From Flectonema sp. DT1601 (taxonomy: Eukaryota), in contig OZ025791.1 in assembly GCA_964019425.1 (NCBI GenBank), positions 310,001-374,000 of the forward strand: a stretch of 64,000 bases of DNA. The letters run 5' to 3'. Of the stretch, positions 1 through 9,583 are shown piece by piece. Numbering within the stretch: the first letter of the stretch is position 1; the number at the start of each line of letters is the position of its first letter. The notes beneath the pieces are model-generated. The model searched no databases and had not been told where the DNA came from. It worked only from the letters and a program-made list of their open reading frames with translations. The position numbers were made by a program, and so were the translations under genes.

Positions 1-89
1 CATCATCATGACCAAAGGAATAGCGCTACAAGCTGTAGGACCACAATACGTATCGCAAAGTACTAAACCACCTGAGGTCATTATGAATT

Positions 90-1244
90 CTACTTAAACG
101 GTTCAGCTCCTGGTGGTAGTGGAGCTGTAGGTGGCTTGTTTGTGTACTTAACCATCACTTCCTCGTATCCGTTAACATGAAAAATCCCGTGTGGCGTTCC
201 AGGTACCTTAACATCATGAAGCCAGTTTAGTAGAGACTGTTTGTTGTTTATTTTAATAAAAGCAATCTATTTTCTAACAAAAAAAAAAAAACCTATCAAT
301 CTGTTTAAAAAACATACTAATGATTCCTGTCTCCCTTTTGCATAGAATGCCAACATGCAACATGGGTCGAGTTCTGATGCTGATAAAGCAGCAAGTTTGC
401 GAGGTTGTTCAGTAACACCCAACGTTGACTTATCAATGCAAGCTGGTTGTACTCTGTGAGGATCGAGGTATACCAAACGATTACTTTTACAACCAATAAT
501 ATAAATAGCTCTTTTTGGTCTACCACCCAGAACACCAACAGTAAAGTCACACTTCAAACAAGCAGTGAGGATTGTTAGATTTCGTTCATCTACAGTGATT
601 CCCAACATTAAAGGAATTAAGACTAAAACTCCTCCTAAAGCTCCTCCTTTTATAACTCCTTTAGCAGATATCATTTGCTCAATTACAACTTCTACTCGAA
701 GAGGACTTTCTTCCGGGATGAACGTCGCTGAAGAGACCAAGTCTTTTACAACTCGTCCGAGTACAGATTGTGAAAACCATTGTCCGGGTTCTTTTCCGTA
801 TGATGCTCCTTTTAAAGCAATCTTTTGAAGGGAAAAAGGCGCCGAAGGCAAGTCATAGAAATGATGAAATAACTTATCAGGTGTTGTTTGTAAATGTAGT
901 CTCAACACTTCCATTAATAACATTTGACCTGTGCGGTGAACACAACCCCACCCGGTGTCGTATGACATTGAATCGGGTAGGCCAGCGAGACCTTTTCTGT
1001 AACTGAACCAAACAAAATCTGACAGAACTTTATAAAATTCTGGTCCTTCCTCATCAAAACGTTTCCTCCCAACCATATGAATTAAATCCGGCACCTCAGG
1101 GCCGAATACTCTATCACCTGCACACCAAGCATCATTCCACGCCACCTTCACGGAGTATAACCCATGAAAGGCTGCACTCTTCATTCCTCCCCACTGTAGT
1201 TCCGGAATAGTTACCCAAGAGCCTACGTCCGGCTCTGTAATCAT
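90..1244 (-). CDS. ATG4: Autophagy cysteine protease ATG4 (peptidase C54); intron 237-317; possible extra 5' exon 1381-1390 via intron 1268-1380 (MQIASWGGCRW...)
   Basis: Motifs YDTGWGCVHRTGQM (catalytic Cys), GQWF, YLDPH (Asp/His) and LDPCCMLAF. The ORF runs into GTATGT...AACAAACAG (81 nt). Splicing it restores an open frame SLLNWLHDVK...GAEPFK to TAG at 90-92. Confidence 0.9.
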
Positions 1245-1595
1245 CCACCTGCACCCCCCCCAGGATGCTGTGAAAAGGAAAATTAGTTTAGTTTGGTATT
1301 CCCCTGCCGTACATCTTTATCGCTCACTTTCTCCCAAGGGTTTAATCAAAAGAAGTTATCACAAAATAAAAAAATTTTACCGATCTGCATTCTTAAAGAT
1401 AGTCATGTGTGTTGTGTGTCAGCTGTTAAGTAATAATTCTAAAACAACATCGTAAGTGAGCAGTCAGTAATAATATAAAGAATCTGAAAATCAGCCACAT
1501 TAGTAACTCGACTCTCTGAGGAATACTATCTCTGATATCCTTTTGGAGGTCTTTAGAGTTACGATCAGATGCAAACATCGGAGAAGTGTAGCAAC

Positions 1596-2813
1596 TCATG
1601 TTTTGATTTCTTCTTTAGTGTTAGTGTTTGAGTTGTCAGCTCCTGAATACGAGTCGAATGTTTTTATGAGACAGCCAAGAGCACCTGCGTAGTCAGCATG
1701 TTGAACAAACAAGGCTTCGCTGTCGATAAGTGAACAGTAATTAGAAAGTTTTGTTTGAGATATATCATTGCCTCGAAGGAAACCTCCGGTAAAGAAAAGT
1801 GTTTGGCATCCGTAGTTTTTAGCAAGTCCAGCAGCAACTTGTTGAATGGCTTGCGTAGTCATGTCGAGAATCGCAGCTGCGATCGAGTCCTTTGAAACGG
1901 ATCCGCAGTGCTTCATTCCAACTAATTTCCCAAATGAGCTTGCTGGGATGTGACTGGGAAGACCAAGTACCTGCTCTGCTTTCTCTCCATAAACATCGCC
2001 CACTGTTATGTTCACATCGTTTGTGTTTCCTTTCCTCGCTCTTTCAATAGCCGTTGGGAAGTCAATGTCTTCGCTAATAATTAATTTACACAATCCCAAA
2101 AAGGTACTTCCTCCTATTGAAGTTCCACCTATTCTCTCATGAGATGAATCAGTAATCTTTAGAACAGAGACGCCGCTACCAATGTTACAAAGTGCGCAAG
2201 GAAAGTCAGTAGTTGGATTAAAGTTTACAGGACTCTCAATACCATCTTTCATTGTATAAACAGTGTTAGGATGGAACTGAAGGATATGACGAAAGCCGAG
2301 AACAAGGGCATCGAATTCTCCAACTTTGTGATATTTAATACCTAAAGAAGTAGATACAGCTTCTTCAAACTTGTGTGCACCTCCACCAGTAGCGTATAAG
2401 TTATAAGAAGCTGACTCTCGAGGTGATGGTCGAGGGGAACTGATTAGAGTTCCCCTTAGACGTTCAGATATTAGTCGATCACAGTAAGGTTGAATTCGGT
2501 GAGTTGACCATTTCAAGAAGTGTAGAGTTCCTTTAAAAAACGGAGAATACATTTCCAACTCCTCAACTCTGACGCCAGTCTGTCCGAATCTCTTCATTCG
2601 GAGAATCTCTTTTCGTTCATTTTTCTGAAGGTAAACAATCTTTCCTGCAGTTCCTCCAATGTCAAGTCCGATTGCTCCAGAGTCTCTGAGTCCTTCTAAA
2701 TACCGAAATACTTCGTGTGATGATTTCATGTCATCATCATCTTGGTTTGCATTTGACGTTTTCAGTCCCAAATATCCCAACGCAGTATTAGTTAAGCTGA
2801 TTACTGCTCCCAT
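1596..2813 (-). CDS. PANK: Type II (eukaryotic/fumble) pantothenate kinase, intronless
   Basis: GLDIGGT, EFDAL, NIGSGVS, GGTSIGGSTF, VGDVYG, ASSFGK, FTGGFLR and GALG motifs in the expected order. Confidence 0.92.
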   Translation of the reverse strand: MGAVISLTNTALGYLGLKTSNANQDDDDMKSSHEVFRYLEGLRDSGAIGLDIGGTAGKIVYLQKNERKEILRMKRFGQTGVRVEELEMYSPFFKGTLHFLKWSTHRIQPYCDRLISERLRGTLISSPRPSPRESASYNLYATGGGAHKFEEAVSTSLGIKYHKVGEFDALVLGFRHILQFHPNTVYTMKDGIESPVNFNPTTDFPCALCNIGSGVSVLKITDSSHERIGGTSIGGSTFLGLCKLIISEDIDFPTAIERARKGNTNDVNITVGDVYGEKAEQVLGLPSHIPASSFGKLVGMKHCGSVSKDSIAAAILDMTTQAIQQVAAGLAKNYGCQTLFFTGGFLRGNDISQTKLSNYCSLIDSEALFVQHADYAGALGCLIKTFDSYSGADNSNTNTKEEIKT

Positions 2814-3498
2814 GTTCTTATTCAGCTGTCATTTGTGTATCCTATTCGTGATTATTAACAATTACAATACAAAACAGATGATGGTACTCCTACATTATAA
2901 TATCTGTCAAATAAATAAATAAAAAAAACAAATCACTCAATGTCACTTTGACCACCACTATAAGATCATCCAGAGAACGAAAAGACAGACATGAAAGGGA
3001 CACGTGACTATAAATAAAGTAAAACCAAACTTAAAAAAGTCATCGTTAATTAAACTTTTAGCAAAGTAATTACATTATAAGTTATTTGTCTCAGGAAGGC
3101 TATCATTGTTAGGAATTATAATTTCTTTGTGAAATCGGTGCATACACAAGCTAATGAATGCTTATCTTTTGTAATGATGATGATGAGAGCGCACTCGATT
3201 ACTTAAATACTTCGTGACATATCATCCAACTGTTTTCTTACTACAGAGCTCTTTGAGAGCACCTGTCATGCTTTGCGTACGTGTAATAAAAGAGAACACC
3301 GAGAGGAGTATCGATGGTACAAATACTACTCAGTCTGAATCATTAGAATCGAAATGTTGAAAGGAGAGGAAAAGAGAACATCACCTGAACAGTTTTTAAA
3401 CTAAAATAAAAGAAGAGAGACGCACTGCCAGTATGTTATTCCCAAAAAACGGTTTACTTTTGATTATATTTTTTTTTTTATTTTTTTTATTGGTTTTT

Positions 3499-4932
3499 CT
3501 ATTCTTCAAATTCGAAGACTGCACCAGTCTTAGTAAGTCTGTCTAAATATGGCATTCCACAACCAGAGGCTGGGGTAAGAACTCCAGCAGTTCCTGGAAG
3601 TTTTGATGGGTCAGTGAGGGCAAGTGTTAAACCAGCCTCTGCAACCATTCTTGCAGTCTCTCTGTAACCAGGGTCAGTAGGGAAGTACAAGTGTGACTTC
3701 ACATTTGTTCCTTCTACCTCACCCTGAGCGTGGGTATGAACGTACAACCAGTTTTTGTTCATCGATTTTTCAGACGGACCCGATCCTGGTGCTGGCAACA
3801 CGTACTTCTTAGCGAGTGCCAACAATGGCGGACAGAAGAAAGTAACACCGAGAGTCAACATTCTGAACATATCTAAAATACCAGCGAAGAACCCTGGCAG
3901 TGCGAGACCTTCTCTGTAAGTAATATGTGGTCCGTAATTGTTAAGAGCGTTGCTTCTCTTAACGCAGCAAGCGTTGCACTCGGCCATGACGAACGGAGCT
4001 GTCCAAGTCTTCTCCTGCTTATCATAAGACAGGTACTTAACGAGGTCGAAACGGGTCTTTGCTTTTGATTGATCTCCTTCAGCTGTGTGCATTAAAGGAT
4101 CGTATTTAATGTGTGATTGGTACTTAGTAGTTCCAAAGATAATCATTAGTATTGTAGCGATGGTACCACCAGATGCCTCAGCTTTGATGTAGTCGTAACA
4201 CTGAACTGACTTAAGAGGAGTGTCGAAGCGATCTTTCAATCTGTTTGCAGACGCCAAGACTGACAAGTCCCATGGGACGCAGTCGTGACCACAGAATGAG
4301 ACAATGCGAGCTCCGGTTTCTTTACATTTGGAATCGAATCTGTCAATCATTTCCCTGACCCAGTCAGTCTCTCCAGTGATGTCGGAGTAGTGAGTGCCGT
4401 AGTTTGCGCAAAACTTCACAATTGGAGTTCCATAGCTCTGAAATGGACCAACAGTTGTGACGATAGCCCTAGTGTTGTAAATAAGATCATGAAGAGTGTC
4501 CTCATTGTTAGTATCAGCTACAATAATATCGAGATCTGGTAGCCCTAACTTGTCTTTAATCTTCTGAAGTGCATCAGCTCTTCTTCCAGCAATAGCCCAT
4601 TTTACTTCTCTTCCAATACCGTATTGCTTTGCCATATAAGCAGCAGCAAGGCCTCCAGTAAATCCAGTTACCCCGAATAGAACAACGTCGTATTTTCTGT
4701 CTTTGTGGGACAGAAGAGGATGCTTCAAAGTCAGCTTGTCATCATCAGGGTTGGATATGCGAATTGTCTTCTTTCCTCTAAGGATAAACCTTATGATGTT
4801 GAAACCAATAGTGAGAGGGACTACTACAACTCCAATCATTCCAATCACGGTGAAAGACATTATTCCAACCACTACTCTGATGGTATTGGATCCGGGAAGT
4901 TGTTTCCCATCTTTTTGCCAAAGTGTCGACAT
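3499..4932 (-). CDS. Saccharopine dehydrogenase-like oxidoreductase (SCCPDH family) with N-terminal hydrophobic segment
   Basis: YDVVLFGVTGFTG Rossmann motif, WAIAGR, VGPF..YG, YSDITGE, CGHDCVPWD, SGGT, DPGYRETA, GVLTPA. Confidence 0.88.
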   Translation of the reverse strand: MSTLWQKDGKQLPGSNTIRVVVGIMSFTVIGMIGVVVVPLTIGFNIIRFILRGKKTIRISNPDDDKLTLKHPLLSHKDRKYDVVLFGVTGFTGGLAAAYMAKQYGIGREVKWAIAGRRADALQKIKDKLGLPDLDIIVADTNNEDTLHDLIYNTRAIVTTVGPFQSYGTPIVKFCANYGTHYSDITGETDWVREMIDRFDSKCKETGARIVSFCGHDCVPWDLSVLASANRLKDRFDTPLKSVQCYDYIKAEASGGTIATILMIIFGTTKYQSHIKYDPLMHTAEGDQSKAKTRFDLVKYLSYDKQEKTWTAPFVMAECNACCVKRSNALNNYGPHITYREGLALPGFFAGILDMFRMLTLGVTFFCPPLLALAKKYVLPAPGSGPSEKSMNKNWLYVHTHAQGEVEGTNVKSHLYFPTDPGYRETARMVAEAGLTLALTDPSKLPGTAGVLTPASGCGMPYLDRLTKTGAVFEFEE

Positions 4933-5449
4933 ATTTCTTTATGCTGAAAAGAGGGTTTTAAATTAATATTTGGAGTCTTTTATTCTCATCTTACAGCATT
5001 GATAAAACTCTACAAGATAGAAACTGCTTGCTGCCGGGGGGTAAAAATAGTTACATAGCACAAAGGAAATTGCACTCTATTCTCCGCGACTTTCTTTTTG
5101 ATCAAAACACTTGTTCTTACCGAAACAGGTGCAGAACTTTTATTCCCAATTTGTGCTTTATTCGCACTTCTGACTTACAAACGTTATCAATTTCCTGCTT
5201 TCAAAAAGAGTACAAAAGACTGTTGCTAATTTTTTAACTTATTGTTCGTAGATGTGGTTAACTGTGCCACTACGACTGCTTTGGTAAGAAGACAACTCAA
5301 CAGGTGTACGGCTTCTTAGGATATTATTTTGATAAATACTTTGCCACGGGGAACTGGGTGAAGGGGCCAAGCAACCCCGTGAAGAATACACACAGTAAGA
5401 CGGGATGAAACACTCTTAAGAAGGAGGGTGGCAAAGAACATGACTAGAT

Positions 5450-5794
5450 TTAAAAAGAACCTCCAACCTGTTCAATCATAGCATCAATGACATCTTCGTT
5501 TTCCATGTCCAAGTCATCTGGAGTCTTTGCGTCATCAAGTGGACTGCCATCAAACAAGAATCTGACGGCTGATCTGTTAACCCCCTGCTTCTTGCAGTAG
5601 GCATCCATTAACTTCTTTAATACGGTGTTTCTACGGATTTTGAAAAACAGTTCTGCTCCGTCAGCGTTCACAACCTTCAGAGAGACCTGTTTTTGTTGAA
5701 TTTTGATAAAGAGCAAATACTTAATAAAAATACGGCGATTGAAGAAAAGACAAACCTGGTCAGACTCTGGTTTAACGTCACCGTTATCAGCCAT
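5450..5794 (-). CDS. SUMO: SUMO precursor; intron 5687-5755 (69 nt)
   Basis: SLKVVNADGAELFFKIRRNTVLKKLMDAYCKKQG...RFLFDG...IDAMIEQVGG-SF. The in-frame insert VCLFF...QQKQ is bounded by GTTTGT...AAAACAG. Confidence 0.95.
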   Translation of the reverse strand: MADNGDVKPESDQVCLFFNRRIFIKYLLFIKIQQKQVSLKVVNADGAELFFKIRRNTVLKKLMDAYCKKQGVNRSAVRFLFDGSPLDDAKTPDDLDMENEDVIDAMIEQVGGSF

Positions 5795-6179
5795 ACTTAA
5801 TAAATGTAATTAATCTGAGAATGAATAAGGTTACAAGAAAAGATGTAAATACTAACAAACAGCTCACACAATCTGATAAGAAGGCACTCTAGACCACCCC
5901 GTTTTCACAAGAATAGTGTGAACACAAATAAGCCACTAGTGGGTGGTGAGCGACATCTATTTTTCGCTTTCCGACTATGACGATGATAGCCTGATGACTA
6001 ATAAAGGTCAAATGCTGTCAGTAATCAGCTTGTCAACCTACACAACGCTATGGGTAGCTGACGAAGCCGTAAAAACTGTCTGCTTTCTCCTCTGTGATGA
6101 TTATGCTTGGCTTACTCAGATAGTGAGCAGCTGCAGTCAGAAGACAGATTGAGTTCATATTTCTCAATTAACTTTTCTT

Positions 6180-7006
6180 TCACTCAAATTTCTTCATCGT
6201 ACCGTCTACGTTGCGGTACTCTGATGCTTCAGGGACGGCAGCAGGGTCAATTCCAAGTTGCTTCATTTGAATGCAAAGTTTGAATAAATAATGATAGCAT
6301 TCACTCATTCCTTTTGCCTTTTCCCAAGTAGGTCCCCAAATGTACACTCCGTGACGGCGTACGAGAACTGCGTTAGACTTTGGGTAGGCCTTCATGGCTG
6401 CCTGCATACGCTCTTTAAGTTGAGCTTCGCGAGCAGTGTTTTCAATAATTGGAATTACTAAATCATCATAGTAGTTGTGAGCATCTGTAGTCGAACCAAC
6501 ACGAATTCCTTTAATCATTTCTAAGTGAGTGCACTTGAATTCCTTCTCGAAGAGCATTGTTACCATAACAGATTCCGGACTGTGGGAATGCATCACTGCC
6601 CCAGCACCTCTATCAGTGTAAGCATTCATAAAGAGAGGTGTACACTCACTCATTTTAAAAGGTTTCTCTGGCTTTGATAGAACGTCACCATCGATGTTTA
6701 TAATGAACAGATCTTCTGGTTGAATTCTTTCCTTTTGAACTCCACTTGGGGCCACAAAAATTTCATCTCCCAACTTAATTGAAATGCCTCCTCCGGTTCC
6801 GGTTGCCCACTCGTTACTGTAGAACTGTTTGTTGATTTGTATTGTTACCCAACTCGCAATCAGTTTTCGGTTTACAAGACAAGTAAAGTTTATCATACCA
6901 ATCTACACAACTCAGGGATTAGATGTCTTGGGTGTTCTTTGTCTAGTGAGTCGTACTTACAAACTTTCTTAGCTACCTGAGCATCATCAATACCACGTTT
7001 TGCCAT
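6180..7006 (-). CDS. mtnB: Methylthioribulose-1-phosphate dehydratase (MtnB/APIP, methionine salvage); intron 6825-6898 (74 nt)
   Basis: Exon 1 MAKRG...[13 protein letters not shown] joins via GTATGA...AACAAACAG to [15 protein letters not shown]. Also [21 protein letters not shown] and [13 protein letters not shown] class II aldolase-fold motifs. Confidence 0.93.
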
Positions 7007-7583
7007 CTGTAGATGAAATGTCTGCAGGGGGGGGAGTGATGTTTAATTATGTGAGGGAAGACGTTCTTCATCGAACAGAAATATTATTTACTTCTCCTGT
7101 AAATAATGAATGTTATATCATAAGAGAAATACTAAACTAAACATCCTTCCCATGCTAACTTAGAGCACAACCGAGTAAACACATGAGTAGAAGCGCACAG
7201 TGCAGCTTCCTTTGTAGTGATAACAGTATGGAGCTTTGAAGGGAAAAGATTCTATTCTTTCAACAATGGTACTCAAACGGTGAAGCTACGACCTTAGCTG
7301 TCATCCTGAGGATTGATCACTATTCTTAAAAAGAAAGGTTCCTGAGCTCAACTGTAGGCACATCGTCAACTACATGACGCTGACAAGAATCTTCTTATGA
7401 TTTCAAATCACAATATTTAGAGTCGTTGCTCAAGGAAGAGATGACTACTTGGTCTACTGAGACCTGTCTTCGAGGATGGGCATCATAGACGCCTTCTGTC
7501 CTAGAATGTCGCAGTCATATATTTCATTGGAGTTCTCAAAATAAAATGATTGAAAGAAAAAGAGATACCTCAACCACTGCAGT

Positions 7584-8840
7584 CTACGCAGAGCTGCATT
7601 TCTCAATCTGAAATTTCAAGTCACCAGCAGCAACCTTTCCGTAGCAAAGTTCTTTCCCATTCACTGAGAATACTGGAATACGGAGGCGGTGCTTGTCTGC
7701 TTCTGCAGCCGGAAGATCAGACAGCATTTCAACAGAAATAGATGGCTCCTTGATACCCATCTCAGTGAGAGTATCTTCGAGAGCGATAATACCTTCTTCA
7801 CAAAGAGGACAGTCAGGACCACTAATAACTTTAAAGCTCAATTTTGAAGTCGAAGGACTCTCAGATAGTAGATCTTCTACGAATGTACTGATATTAGAAA
7901 ATGTTAAAGAAGGCGCTAAGAGTTGTTTAGCAGAACTTGCATTCTCTTGATCAGTAACACCTGACAATACCAACACTGAATGAAACATATCACCAGATTG
8001 ATTGGCTCCCTTGATGTCACTTAATAGATTGTCTCCAACGCAGTAGATTTTAGAAATGTCTTTGTGTTGTTTTCTTAACTGCTCCAAGGCATACTGATAC
8101 TGAACTGGATGTGGCTTTCCGTATCTGCGAACTTCTAAGTCGGTATCAGTTCCTGTTATCGCTTTGAACACAGCATTTATACATTCATAGAAAGCACCAC
8201 CAGCTAGTCTTGGGTGTGGGTGATCACCAGCAAACAGAATGTCATCATTAAACCAATACAATGGAACAGATTGTGAATTAGTTCTTTCTCCAGTAACTGG
8301 ATCAGTTAGTAACGTGTCAGTAATGAGTTGAAGTTCTGAATGCCAGTCGATAGGTTCACCAACTACAAAAACGGCATTAAAGAGAGTTTCCTCACAAGGA
8401 GGAGACAGAGAGGCATTGCGATCTTCTGATGGAGTGCTGCCAGCTCTCCATTTATGAGGGGTATTCTTAGGAAACTTGTGCATGTGGTCTTCAGACCATA
8501 CAGCATTCTTAAATCCATAAGCCTGAATAGCCTCTACTCCAGACTGTGTACCGCTGATGAGGATACGCTGTTCTTTTAGCTCTTTCATTCCCTCTAAAGG
8601 TGTGTGAGATACAATAACTCTTTCAGTTGGTACTTTGAACCCAATAATCTCACTCACACTCTCGGCCTTCTTCCCCTCTGTCCCTGACCCGTTTGTTAGC
8701 ATTACCCAGGGGATGTCATTGTTTGTTAGTTTTTGCAAAGCTGCACCTGACCCTTCGATGTTTGTATCACCTCTTATAAAAACACCATCAATATCTAATA
8801 TCGCAGCCTTTTGGAATAGTGGAGCTAATCTTCGCAACAT
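7584..8840 (-). CDS. HAD superfamily IIA hydrolase (CECR5/HDHD5-like) with C-terminal glutaredoxin-like CxxC domain; probable mitochondrial presequence
   Basis: LDIDGV (motif I), LTNG, VIVSHTP, GKP and VGDNLLSDIKGAN. The tail reads SGPDCPLCE...RIPVFSVNGKEL. Start placed at MLRRLAPLF (ATG 8838-8840), just after an acceptor-like AAACAG. Confidence 0.85.
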   Translation of the reverse strand: MLRRLAPLFQKAAILDIDGVFIRGDTNIEGSGAALQKLTNNDIPWVMLTNGSGTEGKKAESVSEIIGFKVPTERVIVSHTPLEGMKELKEQRILISGTQSGVEAIQAYGFKNAVWSEDHMHKFPKNTPHKWRAGSTPSEDRNASLSPPCEETLFNAVFVVGEPIDWHSELQLITDTLLTDPVTGERTNSQSVPLYWFNDDILFAGDHPHPRLAGGAFYECINAVFKAITGTDTDLEVRRYGKPHPVQYQYALEQLRKQHKDISKIYCVGDNLLSDIKGANQSGDMFHSVLVLSGVTDQENASSAKQLLAPSLTFSNISTFVEDLLSESPSTSKLSFKVISGPDCPLCEEGIIALEDTLTEMGIKEPSISVEMLSDLPAAEADKHRLRIPVFSVNGKELCYGKVAAGDLKFQIEKCSSA

Positions 8841-9108
8841 TGTTGTTTTAAATGAGGGCTGTTTGATTAAAAATATAATAATGAGATTACTCTCAGGAAG
8901 ACTCAAATGTGTGATCGACTCTCGGGGCGAAACATCAACGAACCGAACCAAATTGATTGCCGAATGATTGATGCGAAATATTACGTAATAACGGAAGTTC
9001 TAAGATAAAACATGTCAGTCGAAGTCTGACGGAAATCATTTCACATCCACTCCAACAGATGAAGTTCTAATGTCCAATAGTTTAGTATCTCATATGTGAT
9101 GTGAATAC

Positions 9109-9583
9109 CTACACGACATCCTCCGGGAGTACTTCAGCTGGTTGTGTGTACTCAAAGAAGTATTGTTCAAAAGTCACATTGGCTAACATCTTGTTCCTCA
9201 TGTGAAAGATCTGAGGACGAGTTGGAAGAAATAACTTCGACTCGTAAGCCAGCGGATCATTAAGTTCCTATTTTGATTTAGTTACTTTTGATTCTCGATA
9301 TCCGAGTTCACTAATGTGTAAAACAGATGAAATAAATGCAACATATACCTCCGCCTTAAATGTTTTACAGGTTTTCTTATGACCAGCTTTCCAGTGGGTC
9401 TGTTGGCACTCCGCACTGCAGTAAAACACTGATTTACAGGCACTGCAGCGCATAGGAGACGTTGCCTTCTTGCTGCACTGTTTGCAGATGGTTCTTTCCG
9501 CTCTGGTTACTCTAGGCCTGTGGGTTTAGTTACGTTCTTATCTAATTACGTTGCTTGTACAGATAACTACAATTATTTGTCAT
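9109..9583 (-). CDS. Small zf-MYND domain protein; introns 9518-9560 (43 nt) and 9268-9348 (81 nt)
   Basis: Spliced product MTNNCSYLPRVTRAERTICKQCSKKATSPMRCSACKSVFYCSAECQQTHWKAGHKKTCK...EDVV* has the full MYND Cys/His pattern. Both introns are GT-AG and keep frame. The first exon is less certain. Confidence 0.75.

Noticed and set aside
6137..6153. 11-nt SSU-complementary stretch near CTGA (minus strand)
   Set aside because: A box C would have to lie inside the mtnB CDS, and the guide is offset from box D.
7062..7074. 13-nt match to 5.8S rRNA (TCGATGAAGAACG, minus strand)
   Set aside because: Too short given the number of possible rRNA words; flanks do not match.
8841..8951. N-terminal extensions from the ORF track (also 49646-49753, 53312-53374, 60149-60247)
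   Set aside because: They begin at TTG/GTG codons and mostly cross splice-acceptor-like sequence; eukaryotic starts are placed at the first ATG.
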